Source: a virus
IMG/VR virus record: IMGVR_UViG_3300008012_000023
Span: 1-64,000 of that record
DNA length: 64,000 nt
Reading direction: 5' to 3' (one strand)
The notes below the pieces were generated by a model. The model did no database searches. It worked only from the letters and a program-made list of their open reading frames with translations, and had not been told where the DNA came from. A program made the translations under genes and the position numbers. This document shows, piece by piece, positions 1-9,088 of this stretch. Within the stretch, counting starts at the first letter, position 1, and each line of letters begins with the position of its first letter.

Positions 1-123
1 AAAAAACACAAAGTTGAACCTGTTATTTTCAACTTTAGGCACAGATATTTTTGGGACGGAGGAGTACACTGCATAACCCAGGATCTGTACAGAGAAGGCA
101 CACAGGAGGATTATTTTGGCTGA
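1..123 (+). CDS. 3' end of amidinotransferase/pentein-family protein (partial; not in ORF track)
   Basis: Frame 1 reads KKHKVEPVIFNFRHRYFWDGGVHCITQDLYREGTQEDYFG*; GGxHCxTxD is the catalytic-Cys motif of glycine/inosamine amidinotransferases. Confidence 0.75.
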   Translation, partial: KKHKVEPVIFNFRHRYFWDGGVHCITQDLYREGTQEDYFG

Positions 124-451
124 CATATATACCATTTACGCTGATCATAAAGAAAATATCACAGCAATTGATTTTGTATCAAAGATGTCTAAATTTTTAG
201 ACAGTCTAGTAGAAAACAAAAAAATGAGTTGTTATAGAATTACTAGAATGAAATTGGGTTTTCGTTCTATGGATTTACCAGAATTTAGAATAGATATGGA
301 ATTTGAAAATATGCAACAACTCGACGATGCTATGAACATCACTCTGACAAACAAAGATGTTGATAAAGCACACGTAGGATTCAATCAATTTGTTGATACA
401 GATACTATACAACATTTTCTATACAGAGATTTTCCAGACCAAATTGACTGA
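116..451 (+). CDS. DUF6614-like small alpha/beta protein
   Basis: TTG start after AGGAGG; YRITRMKLGF..EFRIDMEFENMQQLD..LYRDFPD resembles the DUF6614 family. Confidence 0.55.
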   Translation: MADIYTIYADHKENITAIDFVSKMSKFLDSLVENKKMSCYRITRMKLGFRSMDLPEFRIDMEFENMQQLDDAMNITLTNKDVDKAHVGFNQFVDTDTIQHFLYRDFPDQID

Positions 452-472
452 TCTAAATAAGTGTAGTATAAT
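444..472 (+). promoter_or_regulatory. sigma70-like promoter for queE (probably leaderless)
   Basis: TTGACT(444-449)-17 nt-TATAAT(467-472); ATG at 478. Confidence 0.7.
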
Positions 473-477
473 ATTAT

Positions 478-1365
478 ATGGAAAAAATTAGATATTCAGA
501 AATATTTTATAGTGTACAAGGTGAAGGCAGATTCGTAGGTGTGCCTTCTGTATTTTTTAGAGTGTTTGGTTGTAACTTCAACTGTCACGGATTTGGACAG
601 GGCAGAGATAGAAGTAAATGGCTCAAACCAGAAGAGATGCCATATGCTACACAAGATCTTACAAATATAAAACACGTAAGAGATTTACCTGTCGTGGAAA
701 TTGGCTGTGACGCATCTGCCAGTTGGAGTTCAAGGTATAAACATCTTGTTGAATGGAAAGGCATAGACGAAATATCAAAAGAAGTAACTGGTTATACTCC
801 GGAAAATAAATGGACTTGTGACAACGGAAAAGATATACATTTTATCATCACAGGCGGAGAACCAATGTTATGGCAAAGAGAAACACAACAACTGTTGAGA
901 CAACCCGAATTCAAAGATCTTAAAAATTTAACAATTGAAACAAATTGCACACAACCGTTCAAGGAAGGATTTGACAAGTTCTTGCAGGGATTGGTCGCTG
1001 GAGATTATACAAAAGAACCTGTACACGTAACTTGGTCTACCTCTCCTAAATTATCGATATCAGGAGAAGATTGGAACAAAGCAATCAAACCCGACGTTGC
1101 GAGGCAATATGCCGAGATTCCTAACACACACTTATATTTCAAATTTGTTGTACAAGACGAGCAAGATCTTGAAGAAGTTGACAAGGCAAGAAAGCAGTAT
1201 GCCGATGCTGGAGTAGAGGCCGACATCTATCTAATGGGAGTAGGCGCCACTGTAGAAGGTCAGGCCAAGACGTCTAAACAGGTGGCAGAACTTTGTCTAC
1301 AAAAAGGTTACAAATATTCACCAAGGCTACACGTAGATCTATTTGGCAACAAATGGGGGACCTGA
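478..1365 (+). CDS. queE: 7-carboxy-7-deazaguanine synthase QueE-like radical SAM enzyme
   Basis: YSEIFYSVQGEG..GVPSVFFR.FGCNFNC..GCD, ITGGEP, TIETN, WSTSPKL, YFKFVV, YSPRLH. Confidence 0.85.
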   Translation: MEKIRYSEIFYSVQGEGRFVGVPSVFFRVFGCNFNCHGFGQGRDRSKWLKPEEMPYATQDLTNIKHVRDLPVVEIGCDASASWSSRYKHLVEWKGIDEISKEVTGYTPENKWTCDNGKDIHFIITGGEPMLWQRETQQLLRQPEFKDLKNLTIETNCTQPFKEGFDKFLQGLVAGDYTKEPVHVTWSTSPKLSISGEDWNKAIKPDVARQYAEIPNTHLYFKFVVQDEQDLEEVDKARKQYADAGVEADIYLMGVGATVEGQAKTSKQVAELCLQKGYKYSPRLHVDLFGNKWGT

Positions 1366-2168
1366 TGTCAACTCTGTTGATAAGTGGTAGCAGTTACGAC
1401 GAAGTCTATTCGGAATTACATACAGAACTCAAGGACATTTTCAAAGTTAATGATGTTGTCAATCTAAGTATATCGGGTGCATCTCCACAAAGGCAAATAA
1501 GAGTAGCCATAGAATGGATAGCACAAAACGGAAATCCCGAAATATGTATACTGCCTGTGAGCCATCACAACAGATTTGACCTTCCAATAGCCAAAAATTT
1601 TGACAAGTTAAACAATCTACATTATAAAGCATCTTGGATACAACAATACAATCAAGAAGTATATGAAAAAGAGATCAATAAAATGGTAGACAGAGACACA
1701 CTCAACACCTTTCTCAGGTCCGGAGCACTGGTACACAAGGTAGAACACACAATACACGATGAACTGTTCGTAAAAATTCTTACATTTCAATCCTTCCTGG
1801 CTCAGCGAAAAATCAAACACATAATCTATGACGCAGGTAATTGCTACAAACCATTATGGTGGGACTACCTTTGTATAAACGACGACAACAGTGGGTATCA
1901 ACCAGGAATGCGTAAAAGAGAATTGATACAAAACAATCCTGGAATATATAAATTTTTTGATTTTTGTTCTAACGTATGGATGTATGACACAATGCAGGAA
2001 GAAAAGAAGAAAACACTGAAAGAATATTTCCAGCCTGTGAAATACCCATTGTCTGGTAGCAATGATGATATGGCAAGAAAAGCCACATTACACCATGACA
2101 AGCACGACACATTGAGATTGGTAAAACACCTGTTAGACAACAAGGCAATGTATGAAAATTTTGATTGA
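1365..2168 (+). CDS. SGNH/GDSL-like phage protein
   Basis: Start moved to ATG 1365 (TGATG overlap); LISGSSY..VVNLSISGAS.QRQIR, C-terminal LHH; similar layout to 16749-17552 and 22614-23348. Confidence 0.45.
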   Translation: MSTLLISGSSYDEVYSELHTELKDIFKVNDVVNLSISGASPQRQIRVAIEWIAQNGNPEICILPVSHHNRFDLPIAKNFDKLNNLHYKASWIQQYNQEVYEKEINKMVDRDTLNTFLRSGALVHKVEHTIHDELFVKILTFQSFLAQRKIKHIIYDAGNCYKPLWWDYLCINDDNSGYQPGMRKRELIQNNPGIYKFFDFCSNVWMYDTMQEEKKKTLKEYFQPVKYPLSGSNDDMARKATLHHDKHDTLRLVKHLLDNKAMYENFD

Positions 2169-2193
2169 TTTTGTTCAGGAGATAATATATAAT
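2165..2193 (+). promoter_or_regulatory. sigma70-like promoter
   Basis: TTGATT-17-TATAAT; ATG at 2201. Confidence 0.55.
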
Positions 2194-2200
2194 AAAGCAT

Positions 2201-2521
2201 ATGAAGGTTAAAAAAACTACAAAAAAAGAATCTAAAAAGACCACAAAAAAGAAAAAAAGCGAAGAACCAATGGTCAAGGTTCTTAACATGAATGTGAATC
2301 CCGACAACCCAAGGAACGGTTTCTTTGAACTTGACTGGAATGACGAGTTTGTCAATATGTTGAAACAAAACGGATATCAAGGCGAAACCGAAGAGCAAAT
2401 AGTAGACGGTTGGTTCCAATCACTTTGTAGAACAATTGGTAACGAACAAGGACTAGGTGATGTTACTGGTGGTTATGTGCAAATAAACAGAAGAAACGAC
2501 GGAAAAACCGAAGTTTCTTAA
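2201..2521 (+). CDS. conserved phage hypothetical protein
   Basis: Lys-rich N-terminus then NPRNGFFELDWNDEF..EQIVDGWF. Confidence 0.6.
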   Translation: MKVKKTTKKESKKTTKKKKSEEPMVKVLNMNVNPDNPRNGFFELDWNDEFVNMLKQNGYQGETEEQIVDGWFQSLCRTIGNEQGLGDVTGGYVQINRRNDGKTEVS

Positions 2522-2549
2522 TTGACACACTACCAAAATCTGTTATAAT
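2522..2549 (+). promoter_or_regulatory. sigma70-like promoter with extended -10
   Basis: TTGACA-16-TATAAT with TGn; ATG at 2556. Confidence 0.75.
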
Positions 2550-2555
2550 AAGGGT

Positions 2556-3542
2556 ATGACTCATATACTCATAGATACTGCAAACACTTTTTTTAGAGCC
2601 AGACACGTCTTCCGTGGAGATACCTCGGAAAAAATCGGTATGGCAATACACATCACAATGAATTCTATTAAAAAAGCCTGGGGTGATTTTGATGGCTCAC
2701 ATCTTGTTTTTTGTTTGGAAGGTCGTAGTTGGCGTAAAGATGTATATGCTCCATACAAAAGAAACAGGAAAGAAACCATAGACGCCATGACACCAACGGA
2801 AAAAGAAGAGAATGATGTGTTCTGGGAATGTTATGATGATTTTTGTGAATTCATAAAAACAAAAACCAATGCCACAGTGTTACAGAATCCTGTGGTAGAA
2901 GCAGATGACTTAATAGCTCGTTGGATAGATAAACATCCAGACACAAAACACGTGATACTCAGCACCGACAAAGATTTAAACCAATTGATAGCACCTAATG
3001 TAAAACAATACAACGGTATTACTGAAGAAACCATGACCGTCGACGGTGTGTTCGACAAAAAAGGCAATCCAGTAATAGATAAGAAAACAAAACTAGAAAA
3101 AAAGATGCCGTCAAAAGATTGGATGATTTTTGAAAAGGCAATGAGAGGTGATCCATCTGACAATATTTTTTCTGCCTATCCCGGTGTAAGGAAAAAAGGT
3201 ACTAAAAACAAAGTCGGCCTTATGGAAGCATTCGAAGACAAAGAAAACAAAGGATTTGCCTGGAACAATCTTATGCTGAGCAAATGGCTAGACGCAGATG
3301 GAAAAGAACACACAGTATTGGATGATTACACTAGAAATCTAAAACTTATAGACCTACACGCCCAACCAAACGAAATAGTCGAGACACTAGATCAAACAAT
3401 ACAACAAGCAAAGGCAGAAAACAAAAGTATATCGCAAGTGGGAATCAGATTCATGAAGTTCTGTGGCAAGTATGATTTAAATAAAATCAGCGAACAGGCA
3501 CAACTTTATGTAGAGCCGTTCAATGCTAGATTGAACCAATGA
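2556..3542 (+). CDS. rnh: T4 RNase H-like 5'-3' exonuclease (FEN family)
   Basis: ILIDTAN, SWRK..YAPYKRNR, EADDLIA, STDKDLNQL, GDPSDNI. Confidence 0.85.
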   Translation: MTHILIDTANTFFRARHVFRGDTSEKIGMAIHITMNSIKKAWGDFDGSHLVFCLEGRSWRKDVYAPYKRNRKETIDAMTPTEKEENDVFWECYDDFCEFIKTKTNATVLQNPVVEADDLIARWIDKHPDTKHVILSTDKDLNQLIAPNVKQYNGITEETMTVDGVFDKKGNPVIDKKTKLEKKMPSKDWMIFEKAMRGDPSDNIFSAYPGVRKKGTKNKVGLMEAFEDKENKGFAWNNLMLSKWLDADGKEHTVLDDYTRNLKLIDLHAQPNEIVETLDQTIQQAKAENKSISQVGIRFMKFCGKYDLNKISEQAQLYVEPFNARLNQ

Positions 3543-4696
3543 TATCGACAGACGAAGCAGTACCACAGATACTCAAAGACATCCTCAAAAACTACTACAC
3601 AGATATACACTTTATAGGAACCGAATTTTGGGGGGACAAATTTGGTGTTACTCCTAACAAGTTATACAACAAACTTTGTTCTTTAAACATTGAAAATCAC
3701 ATCAAAGAAAAATATAAAAAGACCGCAATCATTTTGTATCAAGGAGAAGCACAATATTTCGTGCCTGGATCTAAAGTCAGCCTGCAGGCAATCAATTTAA
3801 GAGATGCAGTCGTCAAAGCCGGTATATACTCTACAGATTTTTTTATAGTTGGTTATCACGAAGCAGAAAAATTAATGACAGAGTATTGTGGACACTTTAA
3901 TACCAGCAATAAATTTTATCATATCAACGTAGATTACTTTCACCATTTCAACGAACTTGTAGACAGCAAGGTCAATATTAATCTAGATCAATGCAAATAT
4001 AATTTCAGTTATATGGGGCACAATCACAGAATGCATAGAAAACTATTCAGCAAATATCTAATTGAAAAGAATCTTTATCAAGAAAATCTTGTCAGTTTTA
4101 CAAACGGAAAAATAGCAGGTGAAAAAAACAATCTCAAAAAAAGTTTTGAAACCAACAATGAATTCATAACATTTCCTTTATGGACTAAAGACGACTGGAA
4201 TTATTCTCATCAAATGTTAGATCTTTATGAAAGGGTTGAATTGTTTGATCACAAAAATAAAGATATTGAGGATAATCTTCCTGACAATTATCCCACCCAA
4301 CCATTCTTGCAAAAGGCCTGTATACATTTTGTTTGTGAAACATTGTTTGACTACACATATCCAAACCCTAATGAAAAGTTGATGCAGGCAATTACCGCCA
4401 AACGACCATTCATAGTTATCGGACCAGCAAGAACGCTCACGCACTTGAAATGTCTAGGCTTCAAGACATTCGAAGACATATTTGACGAAACATACGATCA
4501 GATCCGCGACCCAAATGAGAGAATGACCAGATTGATGTCCATGGTCTTGGAAATATCAAAAAAGCCTTTGGATGAATTGAAAGAAATGGTAAAGAAGGTG
4601 GAATACAATCTCAATTACAATTATGATGTGCTTTTTTTCAAGAGAAAAAACTTGGCAAAAAGTCTCAAAGAAAGTATAATAGAACTATGGGAATAA
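3539..4696 (+). CDS. putative glycosyltransferase-like accessory protein
   Basis: C-terminal FVCET..EKLMQAI..KRPFIVIG..LGFKTF..FDETYD motif resembles GT-B (GT10/exostosin-like) phage proteins. Confidence 0.4.
   Translation: MISTDEAVPQILKDILKNYYTDIHFIGTEFWGDKFGVTPNKLYNKLCSLNIENHIKEKYKKTAIILYQGEAQYFVPGSKVSLQAINLRDAVVKAGIYSTDFFIVGYHEAEKLMTEYCGHFNTSNKFYHINVDYFHHFNELVDSKVNINLDQCKYNFSYMGHNHRMHRKLFSKYLIEKNLYQENLVSFTNGKIAGEKNNLKKSFETNNEFITFPLWTKDDWNYSHQMLDLYERVELFDHKNKDIEDNLPDNYPTQPFLQKACIHFVCETLFDYTYPNPNEKLMQAITAKRPFIVIGPARTLTHLKCLGFKTFEDIFDETYDQIRDPNERMTRLMSMVLEISKKPLDELKEMVKKVEYNLNYNYDVLFFKRKNLAKSLKESIIELWE
4652..4680 (+). promoter_or_regulatory. sigma70-like promoter inside 3' end of upstream gene
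   Basis: TTGGCA-17-TATAAT; ATG at 4687. Confidence 0.6.
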
Positions 4697-5196
4697 ATGC
4701 TAAAACACTTGTAAAAGATAAATTTTGGATCGTTGAAGAAAACGGCCAGAAGATCGGAACACTTCAAAAACAGGAAGACAACGGTTGGATATTTTTAGGC
4801 AAAACAAAAAGACTCGAATTTCCAACAATGGACAGCATCTATGAAAAATTTGGTGCCGGGGTGTTCGCAAACGATATCACCATAACAAAAACACCAGAAC
4901 AAACAGAGGAGTCTGGTTTTGAAGTACACGGCTTTGCTTGTAATCAAAAGCCTTACAATTCTATGTTCAATGTTCAAAAACATCTACCCATATACACCAA
5001 AACTCCAAAATCAAAAAGCCTTTTTTGTGCAGGCTATTACATAATCTGTTTTGAAAAGGGATGGAGGAAAGCATATTGCCCAAAATTGATCACTCTGCAG
5101 AGATATCCTTATAAGGGACCGATTAAAACAAAATTAGAAATGCAACAGGTACTTAACAATGCAATCAAAGAACAAAATACAGACACAACCAATTGA
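4687..5196 (+). CDS. conserved phage hypothetical protein
   Basis: Intact ORF; LPIYTK..KSKS.FCAGYY..CPKLITLQRYPYKGP. Confidence 0.6.
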   Translation: MGINAKTLVKDKFWIVEENGQKIGTLQKQEDNGWIFLGKTKRLEFPTMDSIYEKFGAGVFANDITITKTPEQTEESGFEVHGFACNQKPYNSMFNVQKHLPIYTKTPKSKSLFCAGYYIICFEKGWRKAYCPKLITLQRYPYKGPIKTKLEMQQVLNNAIKEQNTDTTN

Positions 5197-5410
5197 GGAT
5201 TTCATCGGGAGAGTAAGGACAGCCAAGACAAGGCAAGACCAAACTATTACTTTGCCCATTAGAGAAGCAGAAAAATTGTCAGACAGTCTTGCACAGACGA
5301 TGACCAGGCTGGCTGGTATACAGGAAGAGATATTAGAGGCTTATAAATCCGCCAAAGAGGCACAGACTATCAATATAGAAATGGACGGTGGTGGATTTTC
5401 TAAAAAATAA
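5159..5410 (+). CDS. hypothetical protein
   Basis: 83-aa coiled-coil ORF ending IEMDGGGF. Confidence 0.55.
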   Translation: MQSKNKIQTQPIEDFIGRVRTAKTRQDQTITLPIREAEKLSDSLAQTMTRLAGIQEEILEAYKSAKEAQTINIEMDGGGFSKK

Positions 5411-5928
5411 TGCGAACAAAAATTGTTAGCAACACATCATTATACAAATGGACAAAAAATTTTGCCAATCTACAAAGCAAATTCTACGCTGAAAAATACA
5501 AACTGAAACGTATCCACGACATTGAACAATTTATTGTGGAAAAAAAATTCAAGAGAGTGTATCACGTCGAGCAAACAAGATTGGATATCAATATACCTGC
5601 CTGCAAATCCTTTCAAGAATGCGACCTTGTATTGGTCACACACCAGGGCTACAGCAGATTCAGTTGTAGTGGACTAATAAAACAGATAAAACAGTGGACC
5701 AATAACGGAAAACACCTCTACATATGCCTTAACAGGCATTATTTGAACATTGACAATTCCAAAATTCCTCTCAAACTGTCGGATGACTATCAAACTGCCA
5801 TCCTTGAATGGCTTCAACAGAGTCTCGGAAATTACACTGTGCAGGAATTAAGTGATAGATACATAGACAAAGGCAAACATTTTACCTGGAGTGTGCCTGA
5901 CAAGCATTATTATATATGGAAAAATTAA
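5410..5928 (+). CDS. hypothetical protein
   Basis: TAATG-coupled ORF, no recognised motif. Confidence 0.5.
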   Translation: MRTKIVSNTSLYKWTKNFANLQSKFYAEKYKLKRIHDIEQFIVEKKFKRVYHVEQTRLDINIPACKSFQECDLVLVTHQGYSRFSCSGLIKQIKQWTNNGKHLYICLNRHYLNIDNSKIPLKLSDDYQTAILEWLQQSLGNYTVQELSDRYIDKGKHFTWSVPDKHYYIWKN

Positions 5929-6605
5929 TAGAACATTTTGATCAATACCCTATGCTTAACAATGACCGTCACAATTATATCAGATATCGCATAGGCAGAA
6001 TAAAACACGAATATTGGTTGAGAAATAGAAAAAATAAACAAGAAAAATTGCTTGATAGTTTTGATAATTTTGTAATCAAAAATTTAAAACCGGGCAATAC
6101 CTGTGTTTATGGGTGTGCAGGATATTATCTAGAGGATTGGATCAAGGATCTCACTGTCGTAGAACAGTGGGACATCGTAAAGAAAATTTATCCAAAGGCG
6201 CACATCATCAAACAAAGGAAAGACCTTTTCAATACATTTGGTTGTAGTTTTGATAATTTCATCGTGACGAACGCCAGGGGTGATCATTGGGTGAATCTCG
6301 ATGGACTAGAAGAACACATAGGCTTTTACGCCAAGACTATCAAGGAAGACGGATTGTTATTTTACACTTTCCGAGATACCCAGATCCCAGAATGGAACAG
6401 GCTTACAACCAATCATTACGATTACTTCTTTGACTGGGCAATCAACATATGGAAGACGACTGGTATGCACTGTGTGTGGAAGGATATAAAATTTGCAGAT
6501 AGGACCAATCCATTTGCCATGGACGAGAACCCCGATACTACCAATGGAAACATCAAATTTATTTTTGCCAAAAACAGAGAATATCTTAAAATAAATTATG
6601 CTTAG
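5916..6605 (+). CDS. hypothetical protein (possible degenerate methyltransferase fold)
   Basis: TCVYGCAGY..TVVE..FDNFIV..KEDGLLFYTF loosely follows class I MTase strand order. Confidence 0.3.
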   Translation: MEKLIEHFDQYPMLNNDRHNYIRYRIGRIKHEYWLRNRKNKQEKLLDSFDNFVIKNLKPGNTCVYGCAGYYLEDWIKDLTVVEQWDIVKKIYPKAHIIKQRKDLFNTFGCSFDNFIVTNARGDHWVNLDGLEEHIGFYAKTIKEDGLLFYTFRDTQIPEWNRLTTNHYDYFFDWAINIWKTTGMHCVWKDIKFADRTNPFAMDENPDTTNGNIKFIFAKNREYLKINYA

Positions 6606-7191
6606 ACCGATATTATTCAGAGGCGGAATGTTTGGAGACCTCATCCTTGGTATGCTGGATCCAACAGCACTTCAAAAAAAATCAATATACCAAAAAGATT
6701 ACAAAAAGAACACAGTGGGTGGGTATCACATAAAGTACACAAGGACGCAACAGAAAAAATTCAGCAATTACACCCAGATCAAAAAAGAGATATACTACAG
6801 TAGATTCACGAAATTTGAACGTGATGTTTACATAGTGACTCATGACACCGATTTCAGCAAGAACTATCCTGATCAAACCATACAACTTGTGTGCAGTGAC
6901 CAAACCATTTTGACCAAGTTTGCGGAAAGATTCTACAGGCTACACAGGAAACAGGTGAGCGACGAAGCGAAGACATATCTCAAAGAAGACACAGGTGACT
7001 TTGTGTCTGATTATGCTCAGGACATTGTGAGATGGCAGGATTTCCATAAGTTTAAACACCGTTTTGACATACGAAACATCTACAACGAACAACAATTCCT
7101 ACAGGATTTTGATCGGGCATTCCCCCAGGCTGACCCGGTTTGGAGCCATCAACTGTACAAGGAACACTTCGAACAAGATAATATCTGGTAA
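6598..7191 (+). CDS. hypothetical protein
   Basis: Coupled ORF; N-terminal ILFRGGMFGDLI, weakly P-loop/sulfotransferase-like. Confidence 0.4.
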   Translation: MLRPILFRGGMFGDLILGMLDPTALQKKSIYQKDYKKNTVGGYHIKYTRTQQKKFSNYTQIKKEIYYSRFTKFERDVYIVTHDTDFSKNYPDQTIQLVCSDQTILTKFAERFYRLHRKQVSDEAKTYLKEDTGDFVSDYAQDIVRWQDFHKFKHRFDIRNIYNEQQFLQDFDRAFPQADPVWSHQLYKEHFEQDNIW

Positions 7192-7215
7192 ATATAGTTG
7201 TATATTTTTACAACT

Positions 7216-7503
7216 ATGAGCAGACCAAAACCTACAGTGCTGTTATCAATCAGCAATAAAGAGACCTACAAACAGGAAGAAGTCCTGGCGGCAGAGGGCA
7301 TCTGGGCGGTTTTCTACGATGGTAAACCCATTAACTTGAAATCATCGAGTTTGGTTTCGAATTATCCAGGTCCAAAATACAAGAAGGTGTCTTTCTCAAA
7401 TCCAGGTCACGCGGAAAACCTGGCAAAAAAATTGAACGCACAGCACAAGACAGACAAGTTTGCTGTACACATTTTAAAATCAGGCGATATCTATAAAAGA
7501 TAA
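7216..7503 (+). CDS. conserved phage hypothetical protein
   Basis: Start at MSRPKP; GPKYKKVSFSNPGHA..LAKKLN; TAAATA at 7189-7194 upstream. Confidence 0.6.
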   Translation: MSRPKPTVLLSISNKETYKQEEVLAAEGIWAVFYDGKPINLKSSSLVSNYPGPKYKKVSFSNPGHAENLAKKLNAQHKTDKFAVHILKSGDIYKR

Positions 7504-7511
7504 TTACGAGT

Positions 7512-7904
7512 ATGGACACCAAGACTGCCTACACTCGTACCTTCATGGAGTTGTTGGAACAACCCATACACGACGAGAGCATCAAGACCAACTACTACAC
7601 TTGGTGGCAGAATGTACGTGAAAGTTACCAGGCACGAAGTTTGAGACTGACAAAAGATGGCATAGGTATCATAGAAAAACTTGACATCAAAACATACGAG
7701 ATCAAGTTTCCAGACAAGATTATTTTTACACCACAAACATATCTTTGGTTGGATGAATTTGTGGATTGTCCCTATTTTGTTGACAAGAAAAAGATAGTAG
7801 TAACACTAGAAAAAATGGCTCTGCAACTGATGATGTTCGCAGGAGATATCACAAAATATGGTCTAGCAAGGGCGATGAGCAAGGCGGACGAGCAAAAAAC
7901 CTAG
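7512..7904 (+). CDS. conserved phage hypothetical protein
   Basis: WWQN.R..SLRLTKDG..WLDEFVDCPYF. Confidence 0.6.
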   Translation: MDTKTAYTRTFMELLEQPIHDESIKTNYYTWWQNVRESYQARSLRLTKDGIGIIEKLDIKTYEIKFPDKIIFTPQTYLWLDEFVDCPYFVDKKKIVVTLEKMALQLMMFAGDITKYGLARAMSKADEQKT

Positions 7905-7926
7905 CAAAATAGCGACTTTTTCGAGG

Positions 7927-7954
7927 TTGACCAATAACACATTTCTGCTATAAT
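7927..7954 (+). promoter_or_regulatory. sigma70-like promoter for AAA/VWA operon
   Basis: TTGACC-16-TATAAT with TGn; AGGAG RBS before 7988. Confidence 0.7.
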
Positions 7955-7987
7955 GGTATTATAAACATTTAAACAGGAGTGTACTAA

Positions 7988-9088
7988 ATGGTAACCAAAA
8001 AAGAAAAACAAGCAGTAGGCACACAAACAAGAACTGTGACGCCGAACGAGGCCAAATCAGCATTACAACATTGTATAAAATTGAAGAGACCCATAATGAT
8101 GTGGGGAGCACCAGGTATTGGTAAATCAGATATCGTTAAACAGATAGGTGACGAACAGAAAAGAGAAGTGATAGATATCAGACTTCCATTATGGGAGCCA
8201 ACTGATATCAAAGGTATTCCTTATTACAATCAGAAAGAAAACAATATGGTATGGGCATCACCGGCAGAATTGCCAACTGATCCCAAGTCAAACGCCATAG
8301 TGTTTTTGGACGAGTTGAACTCGGCGGCTCCGGCAGTACAGGCCGCGGCTTATCAACTTATCTTAAACAGAAGAGTGGGGCAATACAAACTGCCAGACGG
8401 TGTAGCAATAGTGGCCGCTGGTAACAGAGACGCAGACAAAGGTGTCACTTACAGAATGCCGGCTCCGTTGGCAAACAGATTCGTACACGTAGAACTTAGA
8501 GTGGACTACGACGACTGGATGATATGGGCAACAAACAACCAAATTCACCCAGATGTTGTTGGTTATGTGACATTCGCCAAACAAGATTTATATGATTTTG
8601 ACCCAAAAGGATCGTCAAGATCATTTGCGACTCCGAGAAGTTGGAGTTTCGTATCAGAGCTTCTAACTGATGACCTGCCTGAAAGTACGCTCACTGACCT
8701 CGTAGCAGGCGCAGTAGGAGAAGGACTGGCCGTTAAGTTTATGAATCATCGTAAGGTTAGCGGTCAGTTGCCTAATCCATCAGACATATTGAGCGGCAAG
8801 GTAAAAGATCTAAAAACAAAAGAAATATCGGCAATGTATTCACTCACAGTTTCATTGTGTTATGAGTTAAGACAGGCTCACGAAAACAAAACAAAAAACT
8901 GGAACGATATGGCTGATAGATTCTTCAACTATATGATGGACAACTTCGAAACAGAACTTGTGGTGATGGGTGCCAAGATAGCACTTACAAACTATCAATT
9001 ACCATTCGATCCTAGCAAGTTGAAATCATTCGACAGGTTCCATAAGAAGTTTGGCAAGTACGTCATAACTGCTATGGAGTCTAAATAA
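7988..9088 (+). CDS. MoxR-like AAA+ ATPase
   Basis: Walker A GAPGIGKS, Walker B VFLDE, AAGNR, LANRF, TPRSW. Confidence 0.9.
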   Translation: MVTKKEKQAVGTQTRTVTPNEAKSALQHCIKLKRPIMMWGAPGIGKSDIVKQIGDEQKREVIDIRLPLWEPTDIKGIPYYNQKENNMVWASPAELPTDPKSNAIVFLDELNSAAPAVQAAAYQLILNRRVGQYKLPDGVAIVAAGNRDADKGVTYRMPAPLANRFVHVELRVDYDDWMIWATNNQIHPDVVGYVTFAKQDLYDFDPKGSSRSFATPRSWSFVSELLTDDLPESTLTDLVAGAVGEGLAVKFMNHRKVSGQLPNPSDILSGKVKDLKTKEISAMYSLTVSLCYELRQAHENKTKNWNDMADRFFNYMMDNFETELVVMGAKIALTNYQLPFDPSKLKSFDRFHKKFGKYVITAMESK

